This document shows, piece after piece, positions 45,863 to 55,780 of a stretch of 64,000 nucleotides of DNA. The stretch comes from Thermoanaerobaculia bacterium. GTDB lineage: Bacteria > Acidobacteriota > Thermoanaerobaculia > Gp7-AA8. Each line of letters opens with the position of its first letter. The first letter of the stretch is position 1. The stretch is taken from NCBI GenBank assembly GCA_041748075.1, contig JBGTDX010000036.1:58505-122504 (forward strand), read 5' to 3'. Made by a program: the position numbers and the translations under genes. The notes below the pieces were generated by a model, which worked only from the letters and a program-made list of their open reading frames with translations, was not told the DNA's origin and did no database searches.

Positions 45863-47989
45863 GTGAGGGCCAGATTTCTCTACGCTGCACTTGTTGCCCT
45901 CGCGCTCGTCCCGTTTCTTCCGGCATTGATTCGTGGCGAGGTCTTCACCCTCCGCGATCACAGCGACTACTTCATTCCCCTGCATCAGTACACGACGGAC
46001 CAGATCCTGGCCGGAGAGCTTCCGCTCTGGAATCCCCTGAACGGGAACGGTGAGCAGTGGCTGGCCAATCCGCAGACGGCGGTTTTTTATCCGCCCGCGC
46101 TCGTGTTCCTTCTTCTGCCGTTCGCAACGGCATACGTGCTCTTTCTGGCGCTGCACGTCGCAGTCCTTGCCGCGGGATCTTTCCTGCTCTTCAGGCGATG
46201 GGTGGATCGAGGTCCCGCGTTCTTCGGTGCGGTGTGTCTTTCGCTTTCCGGACCGACGCTCTCTCTGCTGGATGTATCGAACAACCTGCGAACGTTCGCA
46301 TGGATCCCGCTGGTTCTCTGGGCCGCACTCGAGAGAACAGGAACTGAGTCCCGGCTGCCGGTGACAGTTCCCTCGACGCTTCTCGCCCTGCTCTTTCTGG
46401 GAGGCGAGCCGTTTCTGGCCCTCGTCGGGGCGTTGCTGTTCAGCATCATCGCCGTAAGCAGAAAGCGTTCGGGAGCGCTGCGGGAAATCGGTCAGGCCGG
46501 CATCCTGGCGGCGCTTCTCTCGATGGTACAGATCATTCCATTTCTGGGGATGCTGGCCGGAAGCGATCGCGCGAGCGGCTTCGAGCGCGAGCTTGCCTTC
46601 CGCGAGTCGCTGCATCCCGCCGACTGGTCGCTCCTGACACTTTCTCCAGCGCTGTCGGGAGGCGAGGGTCTGATTGAGTCTTCGCAGAGTTACATCCCGA
46701 TCCTTTACGCCGGTACGGCGGTAGTCTTCCTTGCACTCCTGGGCGTGGCAGGCGCGCTGCGACGCGACGCTGCGCATCGGAGCGTCGTGTTCGCATTCAC
46801 CGGTCTCTTCGCCGGCGTTGCCGTAGTTGCGGCGGGCAGCCACCTCGGTTCTGCAGCCGAGGTACTCGTCGCATTGAAGGTGACGGTGAACCGGTACCCG
46901 GCACGCCTCATCCCCTTTGGAGCTCTGGCTGTTTGTGCGCTCGCGGCCATTGGGGCTCACTCGCTGCGAATGTCAGGGCGGGGAACGCGCGCTGCCGCGC
47001 TCGCAGCGCTTGTCGCGCTCGTGGCGTATTCGGTCAGTAATCATGACCCGGTAGATCCGGCGGCGGTTCCGCTGGCGGCCGGGCTTCTGGCCCTGCAGGG
47101 TCTGCTTCTCCTTCTCATGATTTTGAAGCCGGACCGGTTGCGTCTGATCGTGCCGCTGGGGCTCCTGGTTGCCGCAGACCTCCTCGTTGCTGCACGGCCT
47201 CTGCTCATGACGGGCCCACATCCGGCAGAACTTCCGGCGTTCGTCGGCGGGATCGAGCCGTCGATGAAAATTGCGCGCCTTCCGGACCTGGACCGCCGCA
47301 GCGACTCCTCGCGCCTGGATTCATTGCCCGGCTACACGAATCTTGCGGCGGAAGTCCACAACATCTCGACGGCGGCTCCAGTGAGCGATCGCCGCGCGAT
47401 GCAGCTTCACGACCAGGCGCTATTCACGCCGGACGCCGCGTTGTTGCGATTCATGTCGGTTGGCTATCTCATTACCAATCGGCCGTTGAGTGCGCCTGGT
47501 ATCGCGCCGGTTGCAACGTCGGGTGCTGTACGGCTCCATACCCTTGCGGGTGCGTGGCCGATGGCGACACTCTGGAAGGACTCGCGCCCGCTGGAAGCTG
47601 TGCTGAACAGCTTCGAGTCACCAGGTGCGGCAATCCATCTGAAGCCGGATGGCGAGGCCCACATTCAACGGATGGGCAGCAGCGAGGCGGTCGTGCGAAT
47701 ATCGACGGATGCACCCGCAATGCTCGTACTGAATCAACTCGATGCAGCAGGATGGACAGTTTCCGTGGATGGAGAACCCGCAGAAGGATTACGGGTGGGC
47801 GGACTCTTCCGCGCCGTGCGCGTTCCGGAGGGAGATCACCTCGTGCACTGGCGATACGCGCCTCCGTTTTTCACGATCGGTCTCATGATTTCGCTGTTGA
47901 CTGCGCTGTTTCTGGTCATGATGACAATTCATTTGTCACGCAGCGCGCGAGGTGTTGTAGGATGGCGAAACAGACGCGCCAGACGTTGA
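45863..47989 (+). CDS. YfhO-like polytopic membrane protein (GT-C-type glycosyltransferase, paralog 3)
   Basis: Start set at the in-frame GTG giving MRARFLYAALVALALVPF. The ORF-track start at 45782 would overlap the M20 gene and encodes a non-hydrophobic leader. Shares motif block with paralogs 1 and 2. Confidence 0.6.
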   Translation: MRARFLYAALVALALVPFLPALIRGEVFTLRDHSDYFIPLHQYTTDQILAGELPLWNPLNGNGEQWLANPQTAVFYPPALVFLLLPFATAYVLFLALHVAVLAAGSFLLFRRWVDRGPAFFGAVCLSLSGPTLSLLDVSNNLRTFAWIPLVLWAALERTGTESRLPVTVPSTLLALLFLGGEPFLALVGALLFSIIAVSRKRSGALREIGQAGILAALLSMVQIIPFLGMLAGSDRASGFERELAFRESLHPADWSLLTLSPALSGGEGLIESSQSYIPILYAGTAVVFLALLGVAGALRRDAAHRSVVFAFTGLFAGVAVVAAGSHLGSAAEVLVALKVTVNRYPARLIPFGALAVCALAAIGAHSLRMSGRGTRAAALAALVALVAYSVSNHDPVDPAAVPLAAGLLALQGLLLLLMILKPDRLRLIVPLGLLVAADLLVAARPLLMTGPHPAELPAFVGGIEPSMKIARLPDLDRRSDSSRLDSLPGYTNLAAEVHNISTAAPVSDRRAMQLHDQALFTPDAALLRFMSVGYLITNRPLSAPGIAPVATSGAVRLHTLAGAWPMATLWKDSRPLEAVLNSFESPGAAIHLKPDGEAHIQRMGSSEAVVRISTDAPAMLVLNQLDAAGWTVSVDGEPAEGLRVGGLFRAVRVPEGDHLVHWRYAPPFFTIGLMISLLTALFLVMMTIHLSRSARGVVGWRNRRARR

Positions 47990-48083
47990 AACGCTGTGAA
48001 TCATGATTCATAAAGTTCTCGCAATGATCCCGGCGAGCCCGTAGTAGAATGTCGCACTTCCGATCCCACATCCGAGGAAGTTC

Positions 48084-48398
48084 ATGCAGAGCATCGATGA
48101 TCGTCTGAATCAGATAATCCGCGAGTTGATTGGTAACGGAATTACTCTGGTGCAGGCAGTGGAAGCCTTCGAAGGCAAATACATCGTGGCCGCGATGGAA
48201 GCGAATCGCGGAAACATCACCAAAGCCTCGCGGCTTCTCGGCGTGCACCGCAACACGCTTCACAATAAATTGCGTTCGCAGACGATGCTCAACGGTTTCG
48301 CGGCATCCGCTCGGCCGGTGCGGCGCAGAGTTCAGGCGAGAAGTGCCAGGACGGCATCGGTTCGCGAGACGCCGCGTAAACCCAGAAAATCCAGATAG
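48084..48398 (+). CDS. Small Fis-family HTH DNA-binding protein
   Basis: EANRGNITKASRLLGVHRNTLHNKLRS is a strong match to the Fis/NtrC-type HTH_8. 104 aa with basic C-terminal tail. Confidence 0.7.
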   Translation: MQSIDDRLNQIIRELIGNGITLVQAVEAFEGKYIVAAMEANRGNITKASRLLGVHRNTLHNKLRSQTMLNGFAASARPVRRRVQARSARTASVRETPRKPRKSR

Positions 48399-48428
48399 CT
48401 TTTTCCTTCCCGAGGTTCTCTGTCTTCC

Positions 48429-50636
48429 GTGTCTGATCTCGAACTGAAAGAACAGATCACCGCATTGCTGCGAGCGAAGGGCAACCGGGTGCTTGCCATC
48501 CGGGACATTCATGAGCGGCTCGGCGCGTCCACCGGAGTCGAGCACGACCGCGAAGAGATCGAGCGGGCGGTCGAAGAGATGGAGCGCTCCGGACAGCTCA
48601 TCGCCGTTCGAGGCAAACGCTATTCCCTGCTTGAGTTTACGCCCTATGCGGCGGGGCGGATCCGGGTGTTCTCAGACGGCGATGCCTCGGTCGGCCCCTC
48701 CGATCCCGAGTCCCTGGGATACCACATCTCGCGACGAGCCCTGAAGGGCGCGATGAACGGCGATCTCGTAATGCTGCTGGTCGACCGAAAAAAGAAAGCA
48801 AAGGAATTTCGCGGGCGACAGCTGCTCGAAGCCGAAGTCTCGAAGGTTCTTCAGCGCGCGCATCGCACTGTGGTCGGAAGATTCCATCTCGACGATCGCC
48901 CATGGGTGACGCCCTTCGATAAGAAGCTCGATTCGGACATTCGGATTCCGCCCGATGCGACCATGGACGCGCGTGACGGCGAGATGGTGAACGTCGAGAT
49001 CGAACGGTATGCATCCCAGAACGCCGACGCAAGCGGCCGCGTGGTCGAGGTCCTGGGTATGATCGGAGATCCGGGCGTCGACATCGAAATCGTCATCCGC
49101 AAACACGGCATCCCGCATCAGTTTCCCGACGATGTTCTCCGGACAGCGGATTCGATTCCCTCGGAGATCTCTGTGGACGAGATCGCCGGTCGTGTCGATC
49201 TTCGCGAGCGCGTCATCATTACGATCGATGGTGAGACCGCGAAGGACTTCGATGATGCGGTCGATGTCGAGCGGCTCGACAACGGCAACTATCAACTCGG
49301 CGTACACATCGCCGACGTCTCGCACTACGTCACAGAAGGTTCTCTGCTCGATCGTGAGGGTTTCGAGCGTGGAACGTCGGTTTATTTTCCGGGCCGCGCC
49401 GTGCCGATGCTGCCGGAGCGGTTGTCGAACGGAATCTGTTCGCTCAACCCACGCGTCGACCGCCTCACATTCTCCGCAGTCCTGGAGATCGACCCGAAAG
49501 GCCGTGTGCTCGATCGCAGGATGTTCCGTTCCGTGATCCGCACGAGCGAGCGCATGACGTACACCGATGTGAATGCGCTCCTGACAGATCCGGATCCGGA
49601 GCTCGAGGAGCGGTATCGCAACATCCTGGACCATCTCCGGCGGATGCACGAGCTCTACGAGATTCTGAGGAAGCGGAGAACGGCCCGCGGATCGATCGAC
49701 TTCGACCTGCCGTCGGCGGACGTACTTCTCGGCGAGCAGGGAGAGATCGAATCGATCATCGCAACTCAGAGAAACGTCGCGCACCGGCTTGTTGAAGAAT
49801 TCATGCTCGCCGCGAACGAGGCTGTTGCCCGCCAGCTGGTCCTCGCTTCCCAGCCCGGACTCTTTCGCGTGCACCAGCAACCGGATCCTCGAAAGCTGGA
49901 AGACCTCAAGAGCGTCCTCGAAGAGTTCAAAGTGCCGCTGCGCGGAGACATCGAAGAGATCCGCCCCGGTGAGCTCCAGCGTGTACTGAACAAAGTGGCG
50001 GGAACCCCCGAGAGCCTGTTCCTCACCGAGCTGGTGCTGCGTTCCATGAAGCGCGCGTTCTACGCTAATGAATCACTCGGGCACTTCGCCCTGGCCCTTC
50101 AGCACTACTGCCACTTCACCTCTCCCATCCGACGCTACCCCGACCTGATCGTTCATCGACGACTGGGAGAGCTCGTGGCGGAAGGCCCACTCCATGGCGA
50201 CCAACTGGCCAGGGTGGAGTCGAAGCATCCCGCCATCGCGCTGCAATCGAGCGAACGCGAGCGAAGGGCTGAAGAGGCGGAACGGGAAGTGCTCGAATGG
50301 AAGAAGGTCGTCTTCATGCGCGACAAGGTCGGTCTCGAGTTCGACGGCCGGATCACCGGGGTGATGCCCTTTGGTCTGTTCGTGGAGCTGGAGGAAGTCT
50401 TCGTGCAGGGGATGGTCCCGGTTGCGACCATCGGAGGCGACTTCTGGGTCTTTGCCGAGCGGGAGCACCGGCTGCGAGGGGAGCAGAGCGCCCGCGAATT
50501 CCGGCTCGGGGATCCTGTTCGTGTCCGAGTCGAGAGCATCGACGAGGACCGCCGTCAGATCGAGTTCCGTCTGGTCGCTTCGGGTGGCGTTCCGATTGCA
50601 CAGCGGGAACGTGAATCGGGGCGCCGGAGACGGTGA
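48429..50636 (+). CDS. rnr: Ribonuclease R (RNB family 3'-5' exoribonuclease with C-terminal S1 domain)
   Basis: RNB catalytic motifs (DFDDAV, HIADVSHYV). Cold-shock-like N-terminus. S1 domain near the C-terminus. Confidence 0.9.
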   Translation: MSDLELKEQITALLRAKGNRVLAIRDIHERLGASTGVEHDREEIERAVEEMERSGQLIAVRGKRYSLLEFTPYAAGRIRVFSDGDASVGPSDPESLGYHISRRALKGAMNGDLVMLLVDRKKKAKEFRGRQLLEAEVSKVLQRAHRTVVGRFHLDDRPWVTPFDKKLDSDIRIPPDATMDARDGEMVNVEIERYASQNADASGRVVEVLGMIGDPGVDIEIVIRKHGIPHQFPDDVLRTADSIPSEISVDEIAGRVDLRERVIITIDGETAKDFDDAVDVERLDNGNYQLGVHIADVSHYVTEGSLLDREGFERGTSVYFPGRAVPMLPERLSNGICSLNPRVDRLTFSAVLEIDPKGRVLDRRMFRSVIRTSERMTYTDVNALLTDPDPELEERYRNILDHLRRMHELYEILRKRRTARGSIDFDLPSADVLLGEQGEIESIIATQRNVAHRLVEEFMLAANEAVARQLVLASQPGLFRVHQQPDPRKLEDLKSVLEEFKVPLRGDIEEIRPGELQRVLNKVAGTPESLFLTELVLRSMKRAFYANESLGHFALALQHYCHFTSPIRRYPDLIVHRRLGELVAEGPLHGDQLARVESKHPAIALQSSERERRAEEAEREVLEWKKVVFMRDKVGLEFDGRITGVMPFGLFVELEEVFVQGMVPVATIGGDFWVFAEREHRLRGEQSAREFRLGDPVRVRVESIDEDRRQIEFRLVASGGVPIAQRERESGRRRR

Positions 50637-50726
50637 GCCTGACAAATGACGACTGCGGCGTCATTCGTCATTCCTTCTTGCCCCTTTCTGCGCAATTGGT
50701 TATCTTCATGATGAGAGTGACGGAAG

Positions 50727-51812
50727 ATGGCGGATCAGAGAGACATTGAAGCGGAATTTCAACGGCTCGTCGCGCGGCGGCTCAACCTCGAATCGCGGCT
50801 TCAGAAGGTTCAGGGTGACTTGTCTGCCGAGGCTCTCGACGAGCACGATCATGCATACGCGGGAATCCAGCTCGGCCTTCTCAAGCTGTTCAAGGCCTCG
50901 AGCGGTGATCCGGAGCGGATCAAGATCATGCTGGAAGTCATCCGGATCATGGAGAACAAGCTCGTCTACCTGCAGAACTTCGTGATCGAGCCGACCCCCG
51001 AAAACAGAAAGCTCGCATCCCTCGTCGGGGACTTCGTTCTCGACATGGGATCGACCGCCGACGGGCTCACGCAGCTCGAAGTCACCTACTACACGGGAGT
51101 GACGTCACTGTACGCGGGGGAGATCGATCACGCGCGGGAGGCATTCCGCCAGGCGTGCGAATCGGAGGAGTCCGACGAGGCCAACGACATCAAGTTCAAA
51201 TCGTATGTCATCCTCGGGAATCTGACTCACGAGCGGCACGAGTACGAAGCGGCGCGCGCGCTCCACGATGAGTCGCTCCGTTACTCACAAAACAACAACG
51301 TCACAGCGCAGGCCCTCGCGCTCAAGGCTCTCAACTCGTACGCTTTGAAAGAGTACGACGACGCGCTCGCGATGTTCGAAGAGTCGCTTCAGCTCTTCGA
51401 CCGGGAGGAGGCATTCTTCAACTCCTACTTCCATCGGAACGCCCTGCTGTTTTCGGCTTCGATCTATTCGCAGCGGAAGGAATACGCCCGGGCGGAGTCG
51501 TATTACCGGCAGGTTCTCGATGAGGCGCAGCCGGATTCCTACGACCACTTCGACGCGCTCTCACAACTGGGCCGAATTTACTACTCGACGAACCGTTACG
51601 ACGAAGCGGCTCGAACGTTCTCCGAGGCGATAGCGACTCACAACGCGACGGAGAACGAGTACCTGGTGGATACCTACTTCTGGCTCGCGCGCACTCACAT
51701 AAAGCAGGACGATGCCGTTGCCGCCAGGACATATCTGGAGAAGATTGCCGCGTCGGACGTCAAGTACGAGAGGCGCGGACAGGCCGAGGAGATGCTCGCC
51801 AGGGTTTCGTAG
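50727..51812 (+). CDS. TPR-repeat protein
   Basis: Repeated 34-residue helical units with the W/LG/Y/A/F/A/P spacing. No enzymatic motif. Confidence 0.55.
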   Translation: MADQRDIEAEFQRLVARRLNLESRLQKVQGDLSAEALDEHDHAYAGIQLGLLKLFKASSGDPERIKIMLEVIRIMENKLVYLQNFVIEPTPENRKLASLVGDFVLDMGSTADGLTQLEVTYYTGVTSLYAGEIDHAREAFRQACESEESDEANDIKFKSYVILGNLTHERHEYEAARALHDESLRYSQNNNVTAQALALKALNSYALKEYDDALAMFEESLQLFDREEAFFNSYFHRNALLFSASIYSQRKEYARAESYYRQVLDEAQPDSYDHFDALSQLGRIYYSTNRYDEAARTFSEAIATHNATENEYLVDTYFWLARTHIKQDDAVAARTYLEKIAASDVKYERRGQAEEMLARVS

Positions 51813-51905
51813 CGTGAGCTCGCGTCATAAGGTCGCTCAAAGGTACGTCGTACCTCGCCGCCGGACACATGCGGCGGCAACTGAGCGCGGGCAGCCGTTT
51901 CTCAC

Positions 51906-53099
51906 TCAGACGAATCGCACGAGGATGAATGCGATGTCGTCGCGAAATTCGTCGGTGGCCGAAAAGCTCGTCACGTCGTCGTACACAGCGTCGTAGACTC
52001 TTGACAGGTCCTTCACGTCTTCCCGTTCCAGGATGGCCGCAATGCGATCGATCCCATAGAACTCTCCGTCGACCGTACGCCGATCGGTGAGGCCGTCTGT
52101 GTAGAGGAACATCAGATCTCCGGGCGCCACCTCCACCTGATGCTCCTCGAATCCAAGCCCTGGTCTGGCTCCGACCAAATGGCCGGGTCGTTCAGTGGCA
52201 ATCGCTTTTCCTTTGCTGGCCTCGTAGTGAAGGAAGGGTGGATGGGCTCCGTTGGAAAAGGTGATGTTTTTGCCCGAGGGATCGAGCCTGAGAATCTGGG
52301 CAGTTGCGTACTGGGCCGGAAGACTGGCGCTCACCAGATAGTCATTCAATCGGGCCATGAATGCGGCCAGGGAGGGAGAATCGACGGCCTCGGAGTGAAG
52401 AAACGTCTTGAGAAGCGACACCAGGATCGCCGCGGGCAAACCGTGTCCGGAGACGTCGGCTACGAACATGTAGAGCGAGTCGCGCTGGGTGAAGTAGTCG
52501 TAAAAGTCGCCCGAGAGCGTCTCGGTCGGGATGTACGATGATCGAATTTCCGCGTGGGGCGTGGAGAAGTTTCTTTCAGGCAGCAGAGCTTCCTGAACGC
52601 GGCGGGCGATCTGGAGATCGCTGTTGAGGCGCTGATTGAGCTCCATGATCTTGTCGGACTTGTAACTGAGCTCCTCATAGAGTTGCCGGAGCTGTGCGGC
52701 CTGTTCGACGATGCGGTCCTGGTAAGCCTTCACCCGCAGGAGTGCGCGCACGCGGGCCAGAATGACCTCGATATCGGATGACTTGGTGACGAAATCGTCC
52801 GCTCCGGCGTCGAGGCCTTCGATCAGATTTCGAGACGAATCCGCTCCCGTGAGCATCAGCACGGGGATGGTCTGGAGTGCGGGATCGTTCTTGATCCGGC
52901 GGCATACCTCATAGCCGTCGAGTCCCGGCATCCGGTAGTCCACCAGAACGCAATTCGGTGAGACGTCCGGAATGATCCGCAGGCCTTCCTCTCCGGAGGA
53001 TGCGCAGTCGACCTTGTAGCCGGCGTTCTCGAGAACGCGACGGATCAGCTGCGCGTCGTTCGGATTGTCGTCGATGACGACGATGCGGTCACTCTTCAT
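51906..53099 (-). CDS. Response-regulator receiver fused to PP2C/SpoIIE-type phosphatase (RsbU-like)
   Basis: MKSDRIVVIDDNPNDAQLI... REC with phospho-acceptor context VLVDYRMPGLDG. C-terminal PP2C motifs (SGDFYDY, VADVSGHG, YTDGLTD). ORF-track N-terminal extension discarded. Confidence 0.8.
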   Translation of the reverse strand: MKSDRIVVIDDNPNDAQLIRRVLENAGYKVDCASSGEEGLRIIPDVSPNCVLVDYRMPGLDGYEVCRRIKNDPALQTIPVLMLTGADSSRNLIEGLDAGADDFVTKSSDIEVILARVRALLRVKAYQDRIVEQAAQLRQLYEELSYKSDKIMELNQRLNSDLQIARRVQEALLPERNFSTPHAEIRSSYIPTETLSGDFYDYFTQRDSLYMFVADVSGHGLPAAILVSLLKTFLHSEAVDSPSLAAFMARLNDYLVSASLPAQYATAQILRLDPSGKNITFSNGAHPPFLHYEASKGKAIATERPGHLVGARPGLGFEEHQVEVAPGDLMFLYTDGLTDRRTVDGEFYGIDRIAAILEREDVKDLSRVYDAVYDDVTSFSATDEFRDDIAFILVRFV

Positions 53100-53161
53100 G
53101 AAGGACAGCCATCGTAAACGCTGGCCTTCGCGGTGTAAACTCCGCTCGGGATGGCATGGGA

Positions 53162-53758
53162 ATGAAGTTGATCGTGGGGTTGGGAAATCCCGGCGCGGAA
53201 TACGAGAGCACACGCCACAACATCGGGTTCCGCGTCGTCGAAGCATTCGCCGCCCGGTACCGGATCGCCGTGGACCGCCATGAAAAGAACGCGATGGTCG
53301 GAAAAGGGCGGGTGGCGGGCAATGCCGTAGTCATTGCAAAACCGCTCACGTTCATGAACGTTTCCGGCTCGGCCGTGTCCCTGCTCGTCAGGGCGCATCT
53401 CGAGGCTCCTTCGGACCTGCTGGTCGTCTATGACGATGTCGACCTTCCTCTCGGAAAGATCCGAATCAGAGAAGGCGGATCGCCAGGGACGCACAATGGA
53501 ATGAAATCGATCGTAGACGCACTTGGTACCGACAGGTTTCCCCGACTGCGCTTCGGGATTCGCGGCGAAGACTTCGACGGCCGCCGGGATCTCGCGGATT
53601 TCGTGCTCGACCGTTTCGAGGAGGACGAGCAGGAGCAGGTCGCCGCAGGCGTTACCCGTGCCGTCGAAGCAGTTTTTCTGTTTGCAAGAGATGACCTTCG
53701 GCGGGCGATGAATCAGTTCAACCGTGATCCCGTTCCCGTCGAACCGGAGACTACCTGA
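53162..53758 (+). CDS. pth: Peptidyl-tRNA hydrolase
   Basis: MKLIVGLGNPGAEYESTRHNIGF...GTHNGMKS is a canonical Pth sequence. Confidence 0.9.
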   Translation: MKLIVGLGNPGAEYESTRHNIGFRVVEAFAARYRIAVDRHEKNAMVGKGRVAGNAVVIAKPLTFMNVSGSAVSLLVRAHLEAPSDLLVVYDDVDLPLGKIRIREGGSPGTHNGMKSIVDALGTDRFPRLRFGIRGEDFDGRRDLADFVLDRFEEDEQEQVAAGVTRAVEAVFLFARDDLRRAMNQFNRDPVPVEPETT

Positions 53759-55357
53759 ATGCGACATCTTCCCGCCACACTCGGAGAGCTTCGTGCGTCA
53801 GGCTACCGCCTGCGCAGTATCAAAGACGAATTGCGCGAGAACCTGCTTGGACGCCTGACCGCTGGCGAGCCGCTGTTCGAAGGAATTCACGGCTACGAAC
53901 GCACTGTGATCCCGGCCATTCAGAACGCGATCCTCTCGCGCCATGACATCATCCTTCTCGGGCTCAGAGGGCAGGCGAAGACACGCATCCTCCGTTCTCT
54001 CACGGACCTGCTCGATGAGCACATTCCCGTGATCGTAGGCTGCGAGATCAACGATTCCCCCTTCGAGCCTATCTGCAAGTCCTGCCGGCACAAAGCCTCG
54101 GAAAAAGGCGAAGAACTTCATGTCGAGTGGCTCGAGCCTGCCGAGCGTTATCGCGAGAAGCTCGCGACCCCCGATGTCACCGTGGCCGACCTGATCGGCG
54201 ACATCGATCCGATCAAAGCGGCAAATCAGCGACTGACTTATGCTGACGAAGAATCCATCCATTACGGGATCATTCCTCGAACGAACCGCGGCATTTTCGC
54301 CATCAACGAGCTGCCCGATCTCGCTCCACGGATTCAGGTCGCCCTGCTCAACATTCTCGAGGAGCGCGACCTGCAGATCCGCGGATTCCCGGTTCGCATC
54401 CCTCTGGACGTGATGCTGGTCTTCAGCGCCAACCCCGAAGACTACACGAGCCGGGGAAACATCATCACACCACTCAAGGACCGGATCGACTCGCAGATCC
54501 TCACGCACTACCCCGCGAGTGTCGAGACGGCGATGCGCATCACGCGCCAGGAGGCCTGGCTCGAACGGAAGGGTCTCGAAGCGACGATCGAGATCCCTGA
54601 GCTCGTCCATCAGCTCGTCGAACATGTCGGCTTCATAGCTCGCGAGTCCGAGCTCGTCGATCAGTCGTCTGGAGTCTCGGCCCGGATGTCGATCTCGGCG
54701 ATCGAGATCCTTCACTCGAATCTCGAGCGCCGCGCGGCACTCACTGGCGACTCGCTCGTCTACCCCAGACTCGCCGATCTGTCGATGATCCTTCCAGCAA
54801 TCACCGGGAAGGTCGAGATGGTCTACGAAGGCGAACAGCAGGGCTCCGAGGTCGTTGCAAGGAAGCTGCTGGGAGAAGCGGTGCTGCGGTTGTTCAGCGA
54901 GAAGTTTCCGCCGGTGGAGCGTGCTGGCAGATCGGCTGGCCCCGAAAGGCAGCGCCGCGGCTACGGTGAGCTCAACTTCGACGACGAAGGGAACTTCGGC
55001 AATCAGGAGAGAAAGAAGCCGGCGGCCGCGAGAGCTGACGCGGACTCCGGGAGTCCCCGGGTCCGCGGTGAAGCCGATTACGACACGATCGTCGAATGGT
55101 TCATGCAGGGAAACAAGATCACGCTCTCGGACGAGCAGCCTTTCGAGGTCTTCTTTGCCGAGCTGTCGCGTGTGCCGCTCCTTGCCGAAACGGCAGGGAA
55201 GTTCATGAATCCCCGGCATGACGGAGAGCTCGCCCTTGGGATGGAAATGATTCTGGAGGCCCTGCATCAGGCGCTGCGCCTGACCCGGGAGGATCTCGAT
55301 TCCACCATCACGTTCTCGGAACTGATGAAATTCAACATCCTCCGGACGGTGACCTGA
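53759..55357 (+). CDS. Magnesium-chelatase ChlI/BchI-family AAA+ ATPase homolog (orphan, with ~200 aa C-terminal extension)
   Basis: Start codon abuts the pth stop (TGAATG). Non-canonical Walker A LLGLRGQAKT, then the Cys-containing insertion GCEINDSPFEPICKSCRH (compare BchI EGCxxNCDP...LCxxCR), Walker B IFAINELPD, and a sensor/arginine-finger region. Confidence 0.65.
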   Translation: MRHLPATLGELRASGYRLRSIKDELRENLLGRLTAGEPLFEGIHGYERTVIPAIQNAILSRHDIILLGLRGQAKTRILRSLTDLLDEHIPVIVGCEINDSPFEPICKSCRHKASEKGEELHVEWLEPAERYREKLATPDVTVADLIGDIDPIKAANQRLTYADEESIHYGIIPRTNRGIFAINELPDLAPRIQVALLNILEERDLQIRGFPVRIPLDVMLVFSANPEDYTSRGNIITPLKDRIDSQILTHYPASVETAMRITRQEAWLERKGLEATIEIPELVHQLVEHVGFIARESELVDQSSGVSARMSISAIEILHSNLERRAALTGDSLVYPRLADLSMILPAITGKVEMVYEGEQQGSEVVARKLLGEAVLRLFSEKFPPVERAGRSAGPERQRRGYGELNFDDEGNFGNQERKKPAAARADADSGSPRVRGEADYDTIVEWFMQGNKITLSDEQPFEVFFAELSRVPLLAETAGKFMNPRHDGELALGMEMILEALHQALRLTREDLDSTITFSELMKFNILRTVT

Positions 55358-55360
55358 GCC

Positions 55361-55780
55361 ATGCCGCGTGTCTCTACCCGGATCTCGGGCAGTCTCGCCA
55401 GACAGATGGATCGGCTGGTTCGGGAGGGGTGGTATCGCGATGAAGAAGCGCTCGTTGCAGCCGCTCTGGAGCACTTCGTCGAGCACCGTTCGTTCCTTGG
55501 TGACTCCCCGGAGCTACTTGCTCAGGTCGCCTCCGATGCACTCGAAAATTCAAAGCCGGAGACCGCCCTGAAGTTCGCTGTGCGCGCGCTGACCCTTCTG
55601 GGGACGGGTCCGGGCGTCGATCTCGAGCTGTACAAGACACTCGTCGAGTTGAGGGTGCAGAGTCTGCTCGTCCTCGGACGCGATGCCGAGGCGAGAAGCT
55701 GCCTCGAAGAAGCGCGGGAGAAGTTGCCCAACAGTCCGGGAATCACAGGATGGATGAGACGAATGACGAATGACGAATGA
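55361..55780 (+). CDS. Ribbon-helix-helix (CopG/Arc-like) domain protein with helical C-terminal region
   Basis: N-terminal ISGSLARQMDRLVREGWYRDEEALVAAAL fits the beta-strand/helix/helix RHH pattern. The last ~8 codons are encoded by a GACGAAT heptamer repeat, so the 3' end is uncertain. Confidence 0.4.
   Translation: MPRVSTRISGSLARQMDRLVREGWYRDEEALVAAALEHFVEHRSFLGDSPELLAQVASDALENSKPETALKFAVRALTLLGTGPGVDLELYKTLVELRVQSLLVLGRDAEARSCLEEAREKLPNSPGITGWMRRMTNDE

Noticed and set aside
45671-46960. 429-aa minus-strand ORF
   Set aside because: Antisense to YfhO-like paralog 3. Highly charged low-complexity product.
47916-48545. 209-aa minus-strand ORF overlapping the Fis-like gene
   Set aside because: The plus-strand ORF carries a near-consensus Fis-type HTH. 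The minus-strand product has no recognisable features.
53798-55486. 562-aa minus-strand ORF
   Set aside because: Antisense to the ChlI-like ATPase gene, which has Walker motifs and the ChlI Cys insertion on the plus strand.
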